A DNA stretch of 64,000 nt from a virus: IMG/VR virus record IMGVR_UViG_3300045125_000064, positions 100,383-164,382 of that record, one strand, 5' to 3'. Positions within the stretch are counted from its first letter, which is position 1, and each line of letters starts with the position of its first letter. Below are positions 1-12,370 of this stretch, in pieces. A program made the position numbers and the translations under genes. A model generated the notes under the pieces. It searched no databases and was not told the DNA's origin. It worked only from the letters and a program-made list of their open reading frames with translations.

Positions 1-370
1 CAGCTTTAGGAGAAATGTTTGTTCTTTCTGGAGGCAAGGCTTCAGGACATGAAGAATCGCCAAAATTCTATTGAGACAGATGACAAACTTCTCCAGCTTG
101 AGTGGAAGGAACACCAAAAGGGGTGGTTGACAAGGCTTTTGAAGCCTATCAGTGGGCCATAGATAAAGGTATTGCAAAGAAGTCGCAAAGAAAAGTTCTT
201 CCAGAAGGACTGACTAAGACAAGATTATATTTAAAGGTCCAGTCCGCTCTTGGATTCATTATCTTCAACTCAGAACAGATGTTGCAACTCAAAAAGAACA
301 TAGAGTTGTTGCTTTGGAAATTGCCAAGGTTATTTCAACTTTATTCCCAATGATTGATGATTTGTTAAAA
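1..370 (+). CDS. thyX: FAD-dependent thymidylate synthase, C-terminal part (5'-truncated by window edge, frameshifted)
   Basis: AYQWAIDKGIAK..RKVLPEGLTKTRLY, then in shifted frames RSWIHYLQLRT and TQKEHR, which are ThyX C-terminal motifs. Confidence 0.85.
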
Positions 371-1014
371 AATGATTGATTTTAAATTTGATACAGTTGT
401 ACTTGGTGGTTGTTTTGAATCATATTTATATGCGTTTTATAACAACCTTCCTCTGATTGTATTGAAAGAAGAATCATATTTTGAATTTGATTTTATCAAG
501 TATTCATCAATTTTCTCAGATCTTGAGAAATTCTTTAAGAAAAGAAACAATCTCGATATCAACAAAAACATACTTGCTCATAAACAAGAACTTATTCAAT
601 TTATTTACATTTATATGTCATATTTTGAAAGATTCTTTATGCAGAAGGTGCAGAGGTAAGTAAATATAATGAAAAAGTTTACAAACTGAGAATGAATGAT
701 GGAAGTTGTCTCTATTTTTCAGCAAACAAAATGCTAAGTGTAAACATAAAGACGAAATCATCATCTCAAAAAGATATCTTATATTTATAAGATTCCAAAG
801 GTTTATAACTCTTATTCAGTCATAAAGAAGAAAGAAGAAACGCTTTATACCCTTAAACAAGGAAGTTATTTTGTTTCAACAAAGCATTATGAGAAGATTT
901 AAGTTCTGCTCTTTCGGAATTCTTGTCAAAAAGAGTAAATGTTGAACATGATTGGGTAAAAAGAGTAACTCATATTTCAAAAAATAAAGAAAAATATTTA
1001 AGCAGGAAAGATGT

Positions 1015-1533
1015 ATGGAAACAGTTGAAGAATACCCAATTTCAAAGGCCAGAATCGCTGGGCTGGTTTTTGTAGATGAGACAATTCTACAGAAGCCAGC
1101 TATACCTGTTTGGTGGCTTCCAATCAATAATAAGGAGAGCATACTCCATGCGAAAGTATTTGAAGCTGCTGTGGCAGGATGTGATACCATCTTTATTGTG
1201 ATTCCTTGGCATTTGATTGAATTTTATAATCAATACATGAAAACATTTGAATATGTAGAAGACCCATTGACAGAACCAAATGACGATAAGCTTGGTGTTT
1301 TCCCAGATGATGCAAGAAGATGTGTTCCAGTTTATACAATTCCGTTGCATACCGAACAATATTGGCAAGCTTTTTCTGATGTTTATTCATCTCTTTATAT
1401 TCCATCGTTTGTCAATAATATAACAAAGAATTCTGAATCTCCATTATTTAAATTTGAGAAGTTCTATTTTACATTTACTGATTGTTTATTTAACAATAGA
1501 GCTGCTTTATTAGGGAAAGAAAATTATTTGTAA
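1015..1533 (+). CDS. Putative NTP-transferase-fold (sugar-phosphate nucleotidyltransferase-like) protein
   Basis: PVWWLPINNKESILHAKVFEAAVAGCDTIFIV resembles the PKxLLPIxxKPIL..EAxxAGxxxIxIV segment of GalU/RmlA-like enzymes; the N-terminal GxG motif is not evident. Confidence 0.45.
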   Translation: METVEEYPISKARIAGLVFVDETILQKPAIPVWWLPINNKESILHAKVFEAAVAGCDTIFIVIPWHLIEFYNQYMKTFEYVEDPLTEPNDDKLGVFPDDARRCVPVYTIPLHTEQYWQAFSDVYSSLYIPSFVNNITKNSESPLFKFEKFYFTFTDCLFNNRAALLGKENYL

Positions 1534-1935
1534 AAAACGATAATAAATCATACTATTATGAGAAAGATGAAAAGTCAATTTTGACAAACAATAAATATCC
1601 TTTTATTATATCATGGAAAGATCTTGCTATCATTAAGGAAACTTACAACTTTAAAGAAATGAAAAAACTTTTCGATGAAAAGAATAAGGATACGCAGATT
1701 GGTGAATATAATGATTCAAATATTCCTGCACCATACAAAAAGACCTGGAGAGGAGTTAAAAATTTTGAATATTCTGAGATATATTCTGCTTTAAAGGATG
1801 TTGCATCAAAAGTCGATATTGTTGGAGATATTGTTACAATTGATTCCAATAGCATTGGCACAAGTATGAAACAATTGTTTACATCAAATGCTTTGGATTT
1901 CTATTACTTTTATCCAAGGCTTAAATTTATAAACA

Positions 1936-2232
1936 ATGGAGAAAAATAGTGGAAATTTTTTTGGAATTGGAGTTTTGATTCTTTGTCTTGCAATTGCAAC
2001 GGCAATTGTCTCTTTTGCTCTGGCATCAGGTTCAATGGTTGAATCATCTGATGAATTTAAGAACAAGAGGATTGAAGAACTGGAAGAAGAAAACTTGCTA
2101 CTGAAAAGAGCACTTCTAAGACAAAGTGCTGGGAACATAAGTCAAGACCTTGACAAGACCATCGTTCTATGTTATGATCCTTCTATAATGTCAGAAGGAG
2201 ACGTAGAACATGAAACAGGTGATACTAAATGA
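1936..2232 (+). CDS. Hypothetical membrane-anchored coiled-coil protein
   Basis: N-terminal hydrophobic helix GIGVLILCLAIATAIVSFALA followed by a charged helical segment. Confidence 0.5.
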   Translation: MEKNSGNFFGIGVLILCLAIATAIVSFALASGSMVESSDEFKNKRIEELEEENLLLKRALLRQSAGNISQDLDKTIVLCYDPSIMSEGDVEHETGDTK

Positions 2233-2429
2233 AGATAGAATCCTCATCAATTGCAGGATTTGAATATGATGATGTAAAGAAAGAACTGGTTGTTCAGTTC
2301 AAAAATGGTTCAAAATACAAATATTTTGAAGTTCCAGCAAAACTTGCAGATGATTTGGAAAATGCCGAATCGTGTGGTAAATTTTTCATTGCGAACATCA
2401 AAAACGCTTTTAAATATCAGAAGGTTTAA
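2229..2429 (+). CDS. KTSC domain protein
   Basis: SSSIAGFEYD...LVVQFKNGSKYKYFEVP.....L..AESCGKFF..NIK, the typical KTSC pattern, 66 aa. Confidence 0.9.
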   Translation: MKIESSSIAGFEYDDVKKELVVQFKNGSKYKYFEVPAKLADDLENAESCGKFFIANIKNAFKYQKV

Positions 2430-2430
2430 T

Positions 2431-2876
2431 ATGAATAAGAATTTGATAATTATGATTGGTTTGCCAGGCAGCGGCAAGAGCACATATATTAAAGATAGAT
2501 TTGCTATCAACAATAGAGTTGTCTGCTCTGCGGATAATTTCTTCATTGATCATAAGGGAAATTATAACTTTGATTATGCTCTGTTGGGAAAGGCACATGA
2601 TAAGTGCAGATTTGATGCGGAAATTGCCATGAGAATGAATGAGACAAACATCATTATTGATAACACAAATATTCTTGAATCTCACAGAAAGCCTTATCTT
2701 GAATTGGCAGAAATGTATGGGTATGATGTCCAATATGTTTATTTTGATTGTTCAGATGCGAAACTGCTCTTTGAAAGAAATGTCCACAAGGTTCCTTTGG
2801 ATATTATTAGAAAAATATGAAGAAGATGAAGAAACCTCAATCCCAAAATGTTGAGGTGATAGAAGTGAAAAGATGA
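2431..2876 (+). CDS. P-loop kinase (AAA_33 / N4BP2-like polynucleotide-kinase family)
   Basis: IMIGLPGSGKST Walker A, CSADNFF, IIIDNTN and RNVHKVP motifs; frameshift near the C-terminus. Confidence 0.85.
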
Positions 2877-2885
2877 AGGGGAACA

Positions 2886-4067
2886 ATGTATATAAAATTA
2901 GAAAAACGAGAAAATGGTAGACATAATATATGGCAATGTGAAATTGATTCAAATATCATAACTTATACCTGGGGAACATCTGGCGGAAAGCAACAAGTTT
3001 TGGAACAGATTGTTAAAGAGGGAAAGAACAAAGGCAGAACAAATGAAACAACTCCAGAACAACAAGCTGTGGTTGAAGCTAGAGGAAAGGTAAACAAAAA
3101 ACTTGATGGTGGCTATGTCATTGTTGAAAAAACAGACTGGGAAGATATTGAGTTGAATGAAACTAGACAAGTTCCAAAACCAATGCTGGCATATGAATTT
3201 CATGACTCTCAAGGTCATTTGAGAGAAGCAATGGAAATCGCCAATCCAGCCAAAATTGGATGGAATAAGATGCCTTGGAAATCTTAACACAGGAGAATTA
3301 TATTCAAGACAAGGAAAGAAGATTGTTGGTTGTCCTCATATTGAAGAACAATTAAAAGAGTTAAGAGGAATTCGTTCCTCCAGTTATTGAATGGGTTGAC
3401 GGAGAACTTTATAACCATGAGATATCGTTCCAAGAGATTGTTTCTCTTGTTAGAAAGTCTGTTAATCTCCAAGTTGAAGCAACTGCTGACAAGATTCAAT
3501 ATCATATTTATGATTGCATACATCCAGATAAATTTCAAACAAGATTTAACCAAATTGCAAGAGCATTAAGAGTTAGAATAAATCTTGACACAGATCCTTT
3601 GAAAATCCAGATGTTCCACTGTTTGCAAACAGATTCAAATCATTATTCCCTGTTGCAACATATTATGAAGAATATAATAAAGATACAATTGCTAAAATCT
3701 TTCAAGAAGTTGTTCAAGTCAAAGCTATGAAGGATTAATCTTCAGAAAACTTGATGTTGGATATGAGAAAATAAAAGAACGCATGCTCTTATCAAATACA
3801 AAGAATTTCTTCAAGAAGAATATGAAATTGTTGGATATGAGAAGAAGAATTCAAGAATTCTCTTGGTGCATTCGTTCTTCAACTAACGATGGAAGAGAAT
3901 TTAAGGCAAGACCAGCAGTTTCCGAAGAGGTCAAAGATTATCTTTGGGAAGTTAAAGACACATTAATTGGAGAAATTTGCACTGTCAAATTCCAGGAGTT
4001 TTCAAATGATGGAATCAAGATTTCCTGTCTTTCTTGGAATAAGAAATTGGATGATATGGGAGAATAA
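2886..4067 (+). CDS. ATP-dependent DNA ligase with N-terminal WGR-like domain (frameshifted)
   Basis: TYTWGTSGGKQQ..KNKGRTNETTPEQQA..KLDGGY, PKPMLAYEF, QPKLDG-like motif I in a shifted frame, C-terminal ICTVKFQE..DG..RFPVFLGIR. Confidence 0.85.
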
Positions 4068-4459
4068 AATGAAAAGCTCTCCCATAAAGTTTAGAAGAAA
4101 GATAATTCTTATATTGCAAAAATTTGATATTCAAGTCCTTGTTTATAAGAAGAATCAACCAGTTGACCCTGGTCCGACAATATTGGCAGTTCAGAAACAA
4201 TATCAGATATTGATCTGATTCATGAAGTTTGCAATCTTATTTTGCAAAGAAGAAATGATAAAACTCAAGAGGAAGTTGAAGAAGAATCTTACAAGTTGTC
4301 ATGTGCTGTGATGAATCATCTGGGGATTCAGAAGAAGATATTGTTAAGGATATAGATTCTTGCAATATGTGTTCCTCAGAGGATGAGAAGAACGATAATT
4401 TTTATCGAGGATATATGGTAATGTATAATTTGGGAATTCACCAAATTCAGGGGTTGTTG

Positions 4460-4879
4460 TGGAAATTAATGATTAGTGGGTCAAGATTTAAATATAAAGA
4501 TCAAAAAACAAAGAAAGATCCTCTGTTTAAATATGATGATATTGAAGTGTTTCTAAAGTGCATGCACTTCCAAAATATATAGCAAAAATATCCAGATTTG
4601 GTTGTTGATTCATGGTGCTTGCAAAAACTCCCGAGATATGGTCGCAGACAAGGTGCTACAACGAGCTTAAAATTCCTGCATGAAAGATATCTAGCGCAAT
4701 GGAAAAAATTGATGGAAAGATTGATAAAAGTGCTGGCTTCAAAAGAAACCAAGAAATGGTTGATATTGCTGATGAAATGTGGGCATTTTGGGATGAAGTT
4801 TCTGGTGGAACAAAACACTCAATGGAAAGAGCAGAGAAGAAAGAATAAAGATTCACAAGTTTTTGCTTGTGCCAGTTGA
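4460..4879 (+). CDS. SLOG family (DUF2493/YspA-like) protein (frameshifted)
   Basis: Joined frames give MISGSR..., IHGACKN, DKSAGFKRNQEMVDIADEMWAFWDEVSGGT, matching the AGxxRNxxM..AFWDGxSxGT signature. Confidence 0.7.
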
Positions 4880-5467
4880 TGAGAACGAGGAAAATGATGA
4901 GTAATAATATGCATTTTACAAATGAACCAAATTCTGAAAGAAACTGAATCCATTGCAAAATGGAATAAAGATGGTTATGATTTAAAGTCTTTATTTTTAT
5001 ACAAAAGAAGTTGAAAATTGTGCAAAGTTTGGAAATAATATGAAAATAACTCCAAAAGAAAAACTAGATTTAATTCGGACATTTGGACTAGCACTTGTTG
5101 AGGAAGAAAATCCAGAATTTGTCAGTGTTGTTATGAACTCCTTGAGTTCTGGGGCTTTGAATATAATGATGAGGATGAAGATGGCTGATAAAATAATTAT
5201 TTGTTCAGACTGTCTTAAAGAAGGCGGGAAAAACTTCTATCATAGAATTTGGGATCCTTTCTTCTTGGAATTTTGCAGACAAAATTATTCAAGAATGGAA
5301 CCAATTAATAACAGGTATCTAATGCTTTGTTCTGCTTGTAAGGCACAAGATTTGTTGATCAAGATCATATGGCGCTTCTTCTTGAGATGATGCATGAAAT
5401 AACAGATAAAATGTCTAGAGAAGAACTGGAAGAATGGGTAATCAAAATAATTTAGGAGCAAAAACCA

Positions 5468-8400
5468 ATGACCAATAAATTTGTAAACCTCCATGCCCAT
5501 TCTGTTTTGTCAGTTGGAGATGGGTTTGATTTCCAGAAGAACACATGAATTATGCTTTGTCCAACGGCCTTGATGCCCATGCATTTACAGATCATGGAAC
5601 GATGGCAGGATTCTCATATGCATATCTTCACAATAAGAAGATGAATTCAGAAGGAAAGAACTTCAAGCTAATTCATGGTGTTGAAGCATTACTCATCCAG
5701 ATCTCAAAAGAATGGAATGAATTCTATGTTCAAAACAAAGATGTAAGGAAGAAATCAGATGACAGCGATGAAGCTGGTCTTGTTGTTGAGAATGAGGAAG
5801 ATAAAAAACAAGAACCTCAAGAGATATTCTCAATGAGAGATCTCATCTTGTTCTTCTGCTCAAAATGAAGTTGGCTTTTAAAGAACCTATTCAAGCTTGT
5901 ATCAACATCATATCAGCCAGGAAACTTCTTACCGCTTCCCAAGAATGGATTTTGATCTTCTCAAGAAACATTCTGAAGGATTGAGTGCGCTAAGTGCATG
6001 TTTAGGTTCAGCTTTATTAAAACACAGGATTCTGGCATAATGATAATCTGGAAGATGTTTATAAGAAGCAAATTGAAATGGCTTCCAAGTTTAAGCAGAT
6101 CTTTGGGGACAAATATTTTCTGGAAATGCAATGGAATGGCATTGAGGAACAACACATTTATAATCAGATGTTGATCAAGTTGTCAAAGCAGCTTTCAATT
6201 CCAATGGTGTCAACCAATGACTGCCATTATCCAAGTCCTGACAAGTGGAAGGACAGAGAACTGTATAAATCTCTTTCAAGACTTTCAAAGGGCGGAAACT
6301 CTGATAGCTTCTTGGCTCTTCCAGATTCGCTGGATGATATGTCATATCAGATCTATCCCAAGAACTATGAGCAGATGGTGGAAGCTTTTGAGAAATATTC
6401 CAAAATGTATGATGTTGAATATGATAGGGATCTTATCCTTCAATCATCGACAACACATATAAAATTGCTCATGAAATGATTGATACTATCAAGATTGACA
6501 CAACTCCAAAGTTGCCATCCTTGTTGTTCCAGATAATAAAAATAAGATGATTTTCTTGCTGAGTTAGCTTTTGATGGGTTAAAAACAAGAGGATTGGGTC
6601 ATGATATTAAAGGAATACATTGATCGTCTGGAAGAGGAATTGTCTGTTATCAAGGATGAGAAAGTTCAGCAAGTATTTTTTGATCGATGAAGTTGGTTTC
6701 TGATGAAACACAAGATTATCAATTGGTTGGTGCTGGTAGAGGCTCTTGCGGCTGGTTCTTTATTATCTTATGCTCTTAAGATCACACATCTTGATCCAAT
6801 TCGCTGGGGGCTACAATTCTCACGATTCTTGAGAAAAGAAATGCCAAGGATTATCCAGATATTGATTATGATGTTTCTGATCCAATGCAGATTAAGGAAT
6901 ATTTCATTGATAAATGGGGCACAAATTCAGCTGATTCCAATAACCAATTGGAACACTTTTCAGCTTAAATCACTTGTAAAGGATATTTCTAAGTTCTATG
7001 ATGTTCCATATCAAGAAGTAAACAACGTAACAATGAAAATGGATGAAGAGGCAATTCCAGAAGCCAAGAGAGCAAACGATATAACTGCTGGTGTTTATAC
7101 TCCAACATATGAGGAATATATCCAATATTCTCCATCATTTGCATCATTTATTCGGAAATATCCTCAAGTTGGAAAATTTATTCCATCTTTGTTAGGGCAG
7201 ATTAAATCTCAATCTAGACATGCTGGTGGCGTGATTCTATCTGAAAATCTTGATGAGAATATGCCTTTGGTTGCTTCTGGTGGTGTGATTCAGTCTCCTT
7301 GGGCAGAAGGGCAACACTTGAGACACCTTGAACCTCTTGGGTTTATTAAATTTGATATTCTTGGTATTGCATCATTAAGAATGATTGAAGGGTGCATTCG
7401 CAGAATCTTGATAAATCAAGGCATTGAAGAACCAACTTTTGATCAAATTAAGGAATGGTATGAAGATAATCTGACTGAGCAGAAATTAGATTTATCTGAT
7501 GAAGAAACATATAAAAATGTTTTTCAAGGTGGCAAATTTATTGGAACATTCCAATTTGCTGAGAAGAATGCTCAACAATTCTGCATGAATGCTAAACCAG
7601 AATCTCTTGTAGAGATTTCTAACATTACTAGTATTTATCGCCCAGGCCCATTATCTGTAAATGTTGATAAAGATTATGTTTATGCTAAAGATAATCCAAA
7701 AACAATTATTTTCAAGCATCCTTTAATTAAAGAAGCTCTTGGAGACACTTATGGATTCTTGATCTATCAAGAACAGATTGCTTTGTTGGCACGCATAAAC
7801 TTGGAAAAGATATTTCGCTTGATGAAGGTAATTCACTTAGAAAGCTCTTAACAAAGAAAGGTGTTGTTGGAAAGGGTTCAGAATTGGACATAATCCAGAC
7901 AAAATTCTTTGATGGCGCAATGGAGAAAGGTCTTTCCCAGAAAGATACACAAGATTTATGGGACTCAATTGTTTTCTTCAACGCATACGGATTTAACAAA
8001 AAGTCACGCAATTTCATATAGTTATCTATCATTTCAATGTGCCTGGCTATTAACACACTATGAAGAAGAATGGCTTGCTGCATATCTTGACAAAGAATCT
8101 GAAAAGGATGACTCAAAAGTTGCAGCAATTAAGCCTGATCAAAGGATATGGATATGAAATTTCTCCACCAGATGTTAATAAATCTCAAGGCTATAATTGG
8201 TATGTTAAGGACAAAGTTGCATACACTCCACTTGTTGCAATTAAAGGTCTTGGAGAGGCAGCAATTCAGCAAATTCTAGAATTCAGACCATTTGAGGCAA
8301 TTGAAGAAATTCTCTTCAATCCAAATATGTCAAAAACAAAGGTCAACAAGAAATGTATTGATGCAATGGCAAGATGTGGAGCGTTAAAATCTCTTCAAGA

Positions 8401-8897
8401 TGAAAGATTCACAGGAGATAAACACTTCTGGGCATCTTTTGGTGTTGATAGGCCACAATCGTTGAAGAAATTCAAAGAGGTTCATTCTTGCATATTCAGA
8501 AGAAAAAGACTTCTCAAAACAAGAAAAATTGATAATATGGTATCTTTGCTTGGTGTTTATCCAATCGAATTGGTTATGAATCCAAGAATGATCAAAAAGT
8601 TGTTAAATTCAGATATTCCAAGTGTTGGTTCAATCGCGAAAGAGCCAGAGGAATATGAAGGCCCAGCATGGTTTATTCCAATTTCAATTGAGGATAAATA
8701 TACATCCAAAACATCAAAAGATGTATTATTTGCTTGAATGTATGGATTCTTCTGGAAATATGACAGCAATGAAAGTGTGGAATGTTAACTCTGATACAGA
8801 GATTTATCTTCATAGAGCTTATTTGGCAAATGTGAAGAAAGACTCTTGGGGAGTTTCTTCTAAAAACCCTGATTCTGAGTGGAAATTATTATCTTAA
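5468..8897 (+). CDS. dnaE: DNA polymerase III alpha subunit (family C), multiple frameshifts
   Basis: PHP motifs NLHAHS..GDG, FTDHGTM, IHGVEA, STNDCHYP; core GAGRG-like, PDIDYD, SRHAGGVI, KFDILGI, SIYRPGP, TYGFLIYQEQ, FNxSHAISYSYL; HhH IKGLGE; about 1140 aa when joined. Confidence 0.95.
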
Positions 8898-8902
8898 AAA
8901 GT

Positions 8903-8948
8903 TCTCCCATTGCAAATCTAAAAACTATTTAGTTCTAGCAATGGGAGA
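8903..8948 (+). promoter_or_regulatory. ACTATTTA putative late-promoter motif inside an 11-bp hairpin covering the RBS
   Basis: tctcccattgc (8903-8913) / gcaatgggaga (8938-8948); ACTATTTA at 8924-8931; ATG at 8957. Confidence 0.65.
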
Positions 8949-8956
8949 CTCTAAAG

Positions 8957-9678
8957 ATGAATAGATTTAAAGTAAAAAAAGTAATGGCTGGAGTTATTGA
9001 TAATGTTGGCTTAACTCAAGCAGATCCAAATGAAACTTCGTTTTCAAATTTATATGATTATGGACTATATCAAAGTGGTTCTGTAAATGCAGATTTTACA
9101 AATGGTGATTTGTTAACAAACACAGAAAAATCTGCATTGGCAACTTCATGGTATACTGCATTGGAAACAGCAGCTTCAGCAGCTTGGCAGCAACTCCAAG
9201 TGCTTCAGCAATCAATCCAACAAGCAGCTATTTTTATTATCTTCCATCAGAAGCTGGGACTCATACAACAGCAGAAGTTGCTCTTTCATCTTCAACTGGA
9301 AGAAAAAATTTGGTTGTTCTATCAGAAAACGGTTTCTCAGCTAAAAAGCCAGGTTGGTATGAAGTTTCAGCATCAGATACCTCAATTACTTTTAATTCAC
9401 ATTTAACTGGCTCATATACTGGTTCACGGATTCAGATCTCATACGCTTTTATGGGAGTTTCTGGTTCAACAGATGCAGATAAATTGGAATTCTATGTCAA
9501 TGCTAATGCAGTTCCTTCAAGTTATGAAGCATTTGCTTTGAATGATACAATTGTGTCTGGTGCAATGGTTATTTCAACTGCATCAGTGACAGGTGGTGTT
9601 GAAATTAGATTTACAACAGCAACTGCACCAGATTCATCTTGGAATTCAGGTGTTTATGTTAAGGTTTCTCTTGTGTAA
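8957..9678 (+). CDS. Ser/Thr/Ala-rich putative virion/late protein (two ORFs joined by a frameshift)
   Basis: ORFs 8957-9406 and 9148-9678 overlap in different frames; composition typical of structural proteins; preceded by the late-type motif and followed by a terminator. Confidence 0.45.
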
Positions 9679-9690
9679 ATTTAAGTTTAT

Positions 9691-9719
9691 TTGCACATAA
9701 AATAAAAATCTGGTACAAT
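9691..9719 (+). promoter_or_regulatory. sigma70-like promoter
   Basis: TTGCAC-17 nt-TACAAT with GG immediately upstream of the -10. Confidence 0.6.
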
Positions 9720-9723
9720 GTTG

Positions 9724-9749
9724 AGAGGGTCTGAGAAGGCCCTCTTTTC
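9724..9749 (+). terminator. Rho-independent terminator
   Basis: agagggtc-tgagaa-ggccctct hairpin followed by TTT. Confidence 0.65.
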
Positions 9750-9769
9750 GTTTATTATTTGAGGATATT

Positions 9770-10591
9770 ATGCCATTAGAAAAAATTGAAGAAAAAAGAG
9801 AAGTCATAACAAGAGAAGTAATAATCCCAGGTTGTTATGAATATAAATGTGATTGCGGTCATGAGGATAGCTGGCCAGAAGATTATAAAAAAGAATGGAT
9901 AGAAAAATATATTAAAGAACATGAAGATATGTGCAAAAAAAGGAAGAGAATCCTTGAATTAAAGCATAGAGTCATGAAATCCTCTAGCGACAATTTCTTT
10001 TATTGTGAAAACGCAGAAGATGTTGATTTTTTATATGAATTTGGAACATTTCGCAGAAATGATAAAACTGAAGAAATTTTGACTCCAATGTCATATCCAA
10101 CATATAAGTTCCAAGGACCAGGATGGTATCTTGTTCGTTATATTCCGCCACCAATAGGTTATGAGGATTATGATTTTAAAAGAGATATTATTTCTCTTAA
10201 ACAAATAAAACATAATATCGAAAGAACAATTGAAGAAAGGCAAGAAGGCTCAAGGATATTGAAGAATTTTGAAAGAGGGAGAATAAATATGGATGAATGT
10301 TTTACTTGCGAATTCTGTGGCTCATATGAATATGAAGAAGATAGAGAATATCATCTTATCTATTGTAAGGATAGAGAGTTTACAAAAGTAAGAATTACAC
10401 AATTAAAAACAAGCATTCTTCCAATGTCAGGAAAGAAATATTTCTGGTGCGAAAATGTTGATGACGTAAGATATCTTCATAGATTTGGAGACTTCTCCAA
10501 AGAAGATCTTAAGTTTCAAGAAGATGTAGGACCTGATGAAATATGTTCAGGAAATACCTTTGTTGAAGAATACGAGATGAATTTTATTTAA
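9770..10591 (+). CDS. Hypothetical protein(s) with internal duplication, possibly two paralogous genes
   Basis: FFYCENAEDVDFLYEFGTF and YFWCENVDDVRYLHRFGDF; each half has a Cys pair; an RBS-like GGAGAATAAAT-ATG lies near 10280-10292. Confidence 0.5.
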   Translation: MPLEKIEEKREVITREVIIPGCYEYKCDCGHEDSWPEDYKKEWIEKYIKEHEDMCKKRKRILELKHRVMKSSSDNFFYCENAEDVDFLYEFGTFRRNDKTEEILTPMSYPTYKFQGPGWYLVRYIPPPIGYEDYDFKRDIISLKQIKHNIERTIEERQEGSRILKNFERGRINMDECFTCEFCGSYEYEEDREYHLIYCKDREFTKVRITQLKTSILPMSGKKYFWCENVDDVRYLHRFGDFSKEDLKFQEDVGPDEICSGNTFVEEYEMNFI

Positions 10592-10786
10592 AATTTAAAA
10601 CACCAGGTTGGTTTAGTTTTGGTTATGAAGATAGATTTGATGGAAATTATAGTTGGTATTGGAGAACATTGGAATCTTTAGAACTTATTTTAGAAAAAGA
10701 ATTAAAAAATTGCTGAAAGCAGAAGAAAATATATTGAATGTATTCAAAAATTTATTAGTGATGAGTTTGAAATTGAAGGAGAATAA

Positions 10787-11244
10787 ATGAAAATAGATAT
10801 ACAGTTAATTAGAGAAAATGCGAAAATGCCAGAAAGAGCACATTCTGGGTGATGCTGGAAATGATGTGTTTTTCTGCCCAGAAATAGAATCATCAGTTGT
10901 TATGAAACCAGGCGATTCAAAACTATTCCAAACAGGGTTAAAAGTTGCAACTCCACATGGTTGGGTTTGCGAAGTCAAGAACCGTTCAGGAATGGCAGCA
11001 AAAAAGTCATTGGTTGTGGGAGCTTGTATTGTAGACAGTGGATATGATCTGGAAGTCTTTGTAAATCTTCACAATATTGGGAATATGACACAAATTGTTT
11101 CACCTGGAGATAAAATTGCACAGCTTGTTTTTTATAAGGTTGAATTACCAACATTTAATGAGCTAAATTTAGAAAAAGATTTATATTCAGAAACAGAAGT
11201 ACCGGGAAAAAAGACAGGGCGGTTTATCGTCCAGTGGGTGGTAA
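10787..11244 (+). CDS. dut: Trimeric dUTPase (frameshifts near both ends)
   Basis: AGNDV (motif 1), NRSGMA (2), IVDSGY (3), GDKIAQLV (4); motif-5-like KRQGGLSSSG after a 1-nt correction. Confidence 0.9.
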
Positions 11245-11285
11245 AATATCTTCTCCTACACTATTTATTATGTAGGAGACAAAAA

Positions 11286-12370
11286 ATGCGCAAAGAATGG
11301 ACACAAGAAGAATGTCAATATTTAATTGATAATTATAAAACTAAAGAATACACAGAAATTGCCAAAGTTTTAGGAAGGACAGAAAGCTCGGTTGGCAAAA
11401 AAGCCATTAAGCTAAAACTAATGAAAAAGAACGAGGAAATATGCTGGCAAGATTGGCAATTAGATTTTTTGAAAGAAAACTATGGAAAAATTTCAGCAAA
11501 AGAAATATCTGAGAAGATCAATAAAACAAAAGGAACAGTAATTGCTAGAGCCGCTATCCTTGGCTTAGGGATCCAAGTGGAAGAAAATATAAATTAAATG
11601 AATCCTATTTTGATGTTTGGAGTGCCGATATGGCATATTTTTTTGGGTTTTGGATAGCTGATGGATATTTGATTAAACACAAGTCTAGTTCCAGTATTGG
11701 TATCGGAGTCCACAAAAAGGACAGATATATTTTGGAAAAATTTAACAGTCTGGTTGAGTCAGAAAATACGGTTAAAGATCGAAAGAATAGAGAATTTTCT
11801 GAAGTGCTTTAGCATTCAAAAAAAATGGTAGAATCTATAGAGCGTATTGGTGGGATCCATAGAAAATCACTTGTTATAGAATTCCCACAAATTCCAGAAC
11901 CTTTTTTGTTCGACTTTATAAGGGGATTCTACGACGGGGATGGAACAATAGGGATTAAACTATATGAGGGAGCAAGAGGCAACACATACAATTTACGATG
12001 TGGTTTCTGCGGTGGGTTGCCATTCATTAGTAAATTGAAGGAAATTCTGGAGTTCCAGATTCCGTGGATCAATCAGGCAAAACTTAGTATAAGTAAGCAA
12101 AAAAATAAGAAAAATATAGATTTTTGTTCTTTTGTAGTATGGTCATTTCAGCGCCAACAGTTATGGATAAAATTTATGAACGAGTAAATAATGGAGAAAC
12201 AGATCTTTACCTAAAAAAGAAAATATGAAATATACCAAAAATATAAAGAATATTTAAAAACTGGCCTTCCAACATTTAATGTTTTAAGCAATGATGAGTC
12301 ACTATATACAGAAGGAACAGAATCAAAAGAGGCCAAGGTGGATTTGGTAACAGATGTAATAAAATCATAA
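11286..12370 (+). mobile_element. Free-standing LAGLIDADG homing endonuclease with N-terminal Myb-like repeats (frameshifted), fused to a second dUTPase C-terminus
   Basis: WTQEECQYLIDNY and WQDWQLDFLKENY repeats; MAYFFGFWIADGYL and FDFIRGFYDGDGTI helices; ends in PTFN...RGQGGFG. Confidence 0.85.

Noticed and set aside
5468-8897. Intein or intron in dnaE
   Set aside because: The joined length of about 1140 aa is normal for DnaE, and the gaps between listed ORFs are filled by polymerase motifs in other frames.
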